Assembly (NCBI GenBank): GCA_965229715.1 | Contig: CBDDJL010000001.1 | Span: forward strand, 138,725 to 202,724 | Reading direction: 5' to 3' | DNA from: Rhodospirillales bacterium | GTDB lineage: Bacteria > Pseudomonadota > Alphaproteobacteria > Rhodospirillales > Casp-alpha2 | Length of the DNA: 64,000 nt | Shown here: positions 61,493 through 64,000 of the stretch, in pieces | Position numbering within the stretch: the first letter of the stretch is position 1 | Layout: each line of letters begins with the position of its first letter | The notes under the pieces: model-generated | Databases searched by the model: none | What the model was told of the DNA's origin: nothing | What the model saw: the letters and a program-made list of their open reading frames with translations, nothing else | Position numbers and translations under genes: made by a program

Positions 61493-62515
61493 TTCTGTGC
61501 CCATGCATTGTCAGGGGATGATGTTTTCTTTATTCGCGATGCGACTCAAGATGATCGGTTTCGACAAAATCCGCTGGTAACGCACGATCCGTCGATCCGT
61601 CTTTATGCGGGAGCCCCCCTCAAGACTTCCGACGGATACAGGCTGGGCACTTTATGTGCCATCGATAGCAAACCTCGCGACCTTTCGTCTGAACAAAGGC
61701 AAGTGCTGACAGACATGGCCGCGATGGTTGTTAATGAACTGGAGCTTCATAGGCTTAATCTATCGCTAGAGCATCAGATCGCTGAGCGAACAAGGGAGCT
61801 CACTCAGGCAAGAGATGATGCCGATAGAGCAAATTTCGCTAAGTCTGCCTTTCTTGCCAGCATGAGCCACGAAATTCGGACTCCGTTGAACGCCGTCATC
61901 GGATTTGCGGAGGCGTTGGAGGTAGGCGTCAATGCCGATGAACCGGATAAACGCCGTGAGACACTGCAGATCATCTCTTCGGCTGGACGTCAGCTCAACA
62001 ACCTGATTGGAGACATTCTCGATTTTGCCAAAATCGATGCGGGAAAATTCGAAGTCAGGCTTGAAGAGACCCTTGTTAGCGAGGTCTTTCTAGAAAATCT
62101 TCCGATAATTCAACACATGCTTGATGAGAAAGGTGTGACTCTCAAGAGGATCAAGAACGCCGACAAAAGAGTGCTGGTCGATCGTTACAGACTGACCCAG
62201 ATACTCCTCAATTTCGTGTCGAACGCCGCGAAGTACAACTGTAAAGGAGGGAAGGTCGAGCTTGGGTGCTTCGAAGTGCCTAAAAATGAAATCAGAATTT
62301 ACGTCAAGGATACGGGTATCGGTATTCCAGAACTAATGAAGAACAGAATCTTCATGCCGTTTGAACGGGTTAGAAATTATGATCGTGACATTGCTGGCGC
62401 GGGCTTGGGTTTATCAATCTGCAAGCGACTGACGGAGGAAATGCGCGGGAAGATCGGGTTTGAGTCTAACCAAGATCAGGGTTCTACGTTCTGGGTTCAG
62501 TTTCCAGTCGTATAG
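61493..62515 (+). pseudogene. GAF-sensor histidine kinase, 3' fragment (rest of GAF + HisKA + HATPase_c)
   Basis: The frame reads F-C-A-H-A-L-S-G-D-D-VFFIRDATQDDRFRQNPLV...IRLYAGAPL...LGTLCAIDSKPR, then FLASMSHEIRTPLNAV (H-box) and an ATPase domain (GLGLSICKRL). It resumes exactly at the duplicated TTCTGTGC. Confidence 0.85.
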
Positions 62516-62537
62516 TTTGGAAAAATCATTCAGGTGT

Positions 62538-64000
62538 AACCGCTTCGGGTCTTGGTCGTGTGAAAACGTTTTGGCTGGGCGGTGAGTTGTCTGGCGGACC
62601 GTGATCGACGGCTGATTGATTGGGATAATGCGATATCGGCGCGAGCGGGCTGAATATTTGGTCCGTTAACGGTCTGAGCGGTGGTTTTTCGGCCTTGGGC
62701 AGGCGCAGTGGGGCCTATCAGGCCCTCATGGCCCGGATCAGTGGGCCGGTGCCGAGGATGTTGATGACCCGGGTCAGATTGTAGGCGAGCACGTGGAGCG
62801 CCATTTCGGTGCGCACGTTCTTGAGCCGTTTCATCAGGAAGTGGGTTGCGCCCATGCGGGCCTTGATGGTGCCGAAGGGATGCTCGACGGTCTCGCGCCG
62901 TCTTCGCATCGCGTCCGGGTCTCGGTCGAGCCGGTGCTGAACGGCATCGACCAGGTGTTCGTGCTGCCAGCGCGTGATGCGGCGCTCGCGGCCCGTGGTG
63001 CAACGCTGCTTGATGGCGCAACTCAAGCAGGCGTTCGACCAGTAACGCCTCAGCGTGAGCCCCTTCTCCTCGTTGGTGTAGCGATAGGTGAGGCGCTCGC
63101 CGGCGGGACAGACATAGACATCGTCATCAGAGACGTAGCGGAAGTCCTGTTTCACGAAGCGTCCCTTGGAACGGCTGCCCGATGTCATCGGCTTGGGCAG
63201 AGTCACGGTGATACCCGCCTCGTGGCAGGCCAATATCTCCTCGCTGGAGAAGTAACCCCGGTCGGCAACCACATCTAATGTGTCGGCCCCAAGGGCGGCT
63301 TTCGTCCGCGCCGCCATACGCGCCAGTTGTGCCCGGTCGGAGCCCGCAGTCGTCACATCATGATCGACGATCAGGTGATGCTCGGTATCGACCGAGGCTT
63401 GGACGTTGTAGCCGACCACACCTGAGCCCCGGCCACTGGTCGCCATGGAGCGCGCATCCGGATCGGTCAGCGAGATCTGCTTGTCCGGCGCGGCAAACAT
63501 GCGTTCCTCAAGGCCCCGCAGGCGCTGCATCTCGCTCTTCAGCCTGGCGATCTTTTCCGTCAGGCGGGCAACCTTACCCTCCATCGCCTCCGACGGTTCC
63601 TGGCGGTCGGCGCTGTCCAACTGGTGCAGATACCTGGCTACGCTTTCTTCTATCTGCGCCATGCGCCGCTGCATCTTGGCCCGCGTGTAGTTGCGGTCGC
63701 GGTTGTTGACCGCCTTGAACTTCGAGCCGTCGATGGCGACGCTCGCCGAGGCCAGCAGCCCGACCGTGCGGCACAGTTCCACGAACCGGGCGCAGACCTT
63801 GCGGATCGCCGGACCGTTGTCCCGGCGGAAGTCGGCGATCGTCTTGTGATCGGGAGCCAGCCGGCCCGTCAGCCACATGACCTCCACGTTGCGGCCCGCC
63901 TCGCGCTCCAGCCGGCGGCTCGACTGCACCCGGTTCAGGTAACCGTAGATGTAGAGCTTCAACAGTCCCGACGGATGATAGCCAGGCCGCCCCGTCGAGC
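62538..64000 (-). mobile_element. IS1182-family insertion sequence, copy 3 (partial; runs off the window)
   Basis: Identical to copies 1 and 2 from 62547 to the window end. It lies 22 nt downstream of the kinase stop. Confidence 0.9.
62718..64000 (-). CDS. IS1182-family DDE transposase (5' end outside the window)
   Basis: The translation is identical to the C-terminal ~427 aa of the other two copies. Confidence 0.9.
   Translation of the reverse strand, partial: STGRPGYHPSGLLKLYIYGYLNRVQSSRRLEREAGRNVEVMWLTGRLAPDHKTIADFRRDNGPAIRKVCARFVELCRTVGLLASASVAIDGSKFKAVNNRDRNYTRAKMQRRMAQIEESVARYLHQLDSADRQEPSEAMEGKVARLTEKIARLKSEMQRLRGLEERMFAAPDKQISLTDPDARSMATSGRGSGVVGYNVQASVDTEHHLIVDHDVTTAGSDRAQLARMAARTKAALGADTLDVVADRGYFSSEEILACHEAGITVTLPKPMTSGSRSKGRFVKQDFRYVSDDDVYVCPAGERLTYRYTNEEKGLTLRRYWSNACLSCAIKQRCTTGRERRITRWQHEHLVDAVQHRLDRDPDAMRRRRETVEHPFGTIKARMGATHFLMKRLKNVRTEMALHVLAYNLTRVINILGTGPLIRAMRA

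Overview
GC-rich bacterial accessory region, probably alphaproteobacterial (inferred from protein and IS types). It is a mosaic carrying five mobile elements. (1) 1-12 kb holds a degenerate IS5/IS427-like remnant and then a lower-GC surface-glycan decoration locus. An 8-gene minus-strand operon (11922->2316) encodes an LtaS/EptA-type membrane transferase, an accessory YidC-family insertase, a formyltransferase-like protein and a small membrane peptide. It also encodes a 996-aa nucleotidyltransferase/ATP-grasp/swivel-His fusion, a class-I glutamine-amidotransferase-fold hydrolase and a LicC-like nucleotidyltransferase. A TagF-like transferase gene lies convergent to the operon. The last three operon genes match the enzyme triad that makes the phosphoramidate donor in Campylobacter jejuni, and I consider this the most interesting candidate system. 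(2) 12-13.4 kb is an AT-rich spacer with phased repeats and a short tyrosine recombinase. (3) Two identical 1.7-kb IS1182-family copies in inverted orientation (13462-15166, 50704-52408) bracket a ~35.5-kb catabolic island. The island carries a beta-oxidation-like set, three OYE/Fe-S/FAD flavoenzymes, two GbcA-like Rieske oxygenases and a frameshifted AcnX. It also carries an HcnABC/opine-oxidase-like three-subunit dehydrogenase, an amidase, an M24 hydrolase, a PrpD-family protein, two orphan family-5 solute-binding proteins, and XRE-cupin and IclR regulators. All five divergent promoter regions of the island carry the same 21-bp AT-rich palindrome. (4) 52.4-57.9 kb is a stress/redox block: a truncated KefB/C-type antiporter with KefF/G, GST, SDR, cupin, MdaB and HxlR. 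(5) A GAF-sensor histidine kinase is cleanly split by a 3,245-bp IS1-family element (58248-61492). That element has perfect 19-bp terminal inverted repeats and an 8-bp target duplication, and it carries a HigB / HigA-ImmA toxin-antitoxin module as cargo. A third IS1182 copy runs off the window end. I saw no rRNA, tRNA or CRISPR array.
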